From NCBI RefSeq assembly GCF_003790525.1, contig NZ_CP033635.1: a stretch of 64,000 nt of DNA. One strand, 5' to 3'. Made by a program: the position numbers and the translations under genes. The notes under the pieces were generated by a model, which was not told the DNA's origin, ran no database searches, and worked only from the letters and a program-made list of their open reading frames with translations. This DNA comes from Escherichia coli (GTDB lineage: Bacteria > Pseudomonadota > Gammaproteobacteria > Enterobacterales > Enterobacteriaceae). Positions 63,017 through 64,000 of the stretch are shown here, piece by piece; within the stretch, counting starts at the first letter, position 1, and every line of letters starts with the position of its first letter.

Positions 63017-63420
63017 TTTCCCGCAGAAACAGGCTCTGCAGGCCCGGCGTCCTCTGTCTGTTCAGGGGTATTATTCACAACAAACTCATACATACCGGAC
63101 AGCCGGTACACCACGTTTTCAGCATGAGAAATTGCCTCCGTGGGCCAGGTGGTAAGCACTTCCTGCTCAATCTGTTTAACGGCTTCATTCATGGAAGGCT
63201 GCTTTGTCTTCTGCGGATGGTTATGCCACAGGGACATCGCCACCACAAAAGCGCCGGTTTTGATAAGGTCTGCCAAAGCAACCTGTCGGTTGCTGTCGGA
63301 GTCCGCCTGTTCTGCCTGTTGTTTCATCAGAAAAAGATGCTCAATACGCTGCAGGGCTGACAGTTCAGAAAGCGTGACGGTCACGCCGTTATGTTCAAAT
63401 GATTCGGTTTTCAGGAACAT
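62998..63420 (-). CDS. G: Tail assembly chaperone G
   Basis: 140 aa starting MFLKTESFEHNGVTVTLSELSALQRIEH, lambda gpG-like. Confidence 0.9.
   Translation of the reverse strand: MFLKTESFEHNGVTVTLSELSALQRIEHLFLMKQQAEQADSDSNRQVALADLIKTGAFVVAMSLWHNHPQKTKQPSMNEAVKQIEQEVLTTWPTEAISHAENVVYRLSGMYEFVVNNTPEQTEDAGPAEPVSAGKCSTVS
63016..63022 (-). other. Programmed -1 ribosomal frameshift slippery site GGGAAAG (G to G-T)
   Basis: Minus-strand GGGAAAG heptamer at the end of G where the T frame begins. Confidence 0.6.
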
Positions 63421-63435
63421 CGCTGACTCTCCGGA

Positions 63436-64000
63436 TTAACTGGCGGTGACGTTGATTTCTGCAACCGCAGCAAGTTCACCATTACCGGATACGACCGGAA
63501 TGTTGACCCTGCCTGCAGCAACGCCCTTCACGGTGATGGTCATACCACTGACCGACACGGTGGCTTTTGTTTTATCCGCAGACACCGCACGGAAGCTCTT
63601 GTCAGTTGCGCCTTCCGGCTGGAATGCCACGGTCAGCGTGGTGCTCTGCCCTTTCACCACCGAGGTGCTGGCAGGCGTCACGGTCATGCCGGTTGCCGCT
63701 GTTAGCGTGCTGCGATCTTCTGCCATCGACGGACGTCCCACGTTGGTGACTTTCACCGTGCGGGTGATCACTTCCTTCGCTGTCACCGCCTTACCGATGC
63801 TGCTGACCCAGCCGCGGAACACATCGACCGTGCCGTTCGGGAAGCGGATTTTATAGGCACGGGTATCACCTTCATTAAACCACGCCAGCAGCGCCTGCTG
63901 CCCCTGCTCTCCGGGCATCCACGCCAGCGTGAAGCTGGTATCTCCGGCGGATTTCTGCCCCTGTCCGGTCGCGGCCCAGTCCGAATCTTCATCATCGAGA
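63436..64000 (-). CDS. V: Major tail protein V, C-terminal part (5' end beyond window)
   Basis: Begins mid-protein at [37 protein letters not shown] and ends with the Ig-like C-terminal domain; lambda gpV-like. Confidence 0.9.
   Translation of the reverse strand, partial: LDDEDSDWAATGQGQKSAGDTSFTLAWMPGEQGQQALLAWFNEGDTRAYKIRFPNGTVDVFRGWVSSIGKAVTAKEVITRTVKVTNVGRPSMAEDRSTLTAATGMTVTPASTSVVKGQSTTLTVAFQPEGATDKSFRAVSADKTKATVSVSGMTITVKGVAAGRVNIPVVSGNGELAAVAEINVTAS

Larger units (their letters stand above)
47976..64000 (-). mobile_element. Lambda-like prophage, tail-proximal end with accessory cargo (continues past window end)
   Basis: Lambda-order tail genes V-G-T-H-M-L-K-I-J-stf on the minus strand reading toward a junction inside yecE. 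Confidence 0.85.

Overview
Enterobacterial (Escherichia coli-like) chromosome. Positions 1-47,900 are conserved core genome in the familiar order manYZ-yobD-mntP-rlmA-cspC-yobF-yebO-mgrB-yobH-kdgR-yebQ-htpX-prc-proQ-msrC-yebST-rsmF-yebVW-pphA-(ryeA/sdsR)-yebYZ-yobA-holE-yobB-exoX-ptrB-yebEFG-purT-eda-edd-zwf-hexR-pykA-lpxM-mepM-znuACB-ruvBA-yebB-ruvC-yebC-nudB-aspS-yecD. All gene names are recognised from the translated ORFs and gene order by recall; no database search was run. At about 47,976 the yecE reading frame is broken after 32 conserved codons, and from there to the end of the window lies the tail-proximal end of a lambda-like prophage. It carries, on the minus strand, V (partial)-G-T-H-M-L-K-I-J-stf in lambda order, followed toward the attachment site by an accessory cargo block: an unknown 191-aa ORF, a YadA-like trimeric autotransporter (Eib-like) with five-and-a-half near-identical 99-bp tandem repeats, a small LuxR-type regulator, and a DinI-like gene behind a LexA box. 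This cargo block is the only clearly accessory part of the window and the best place to look for anything undescribed; I cannot point to a defined novel system with confidence. No tRNA, rRNA, CRISPR array, integrase or transposase is visible in the window.
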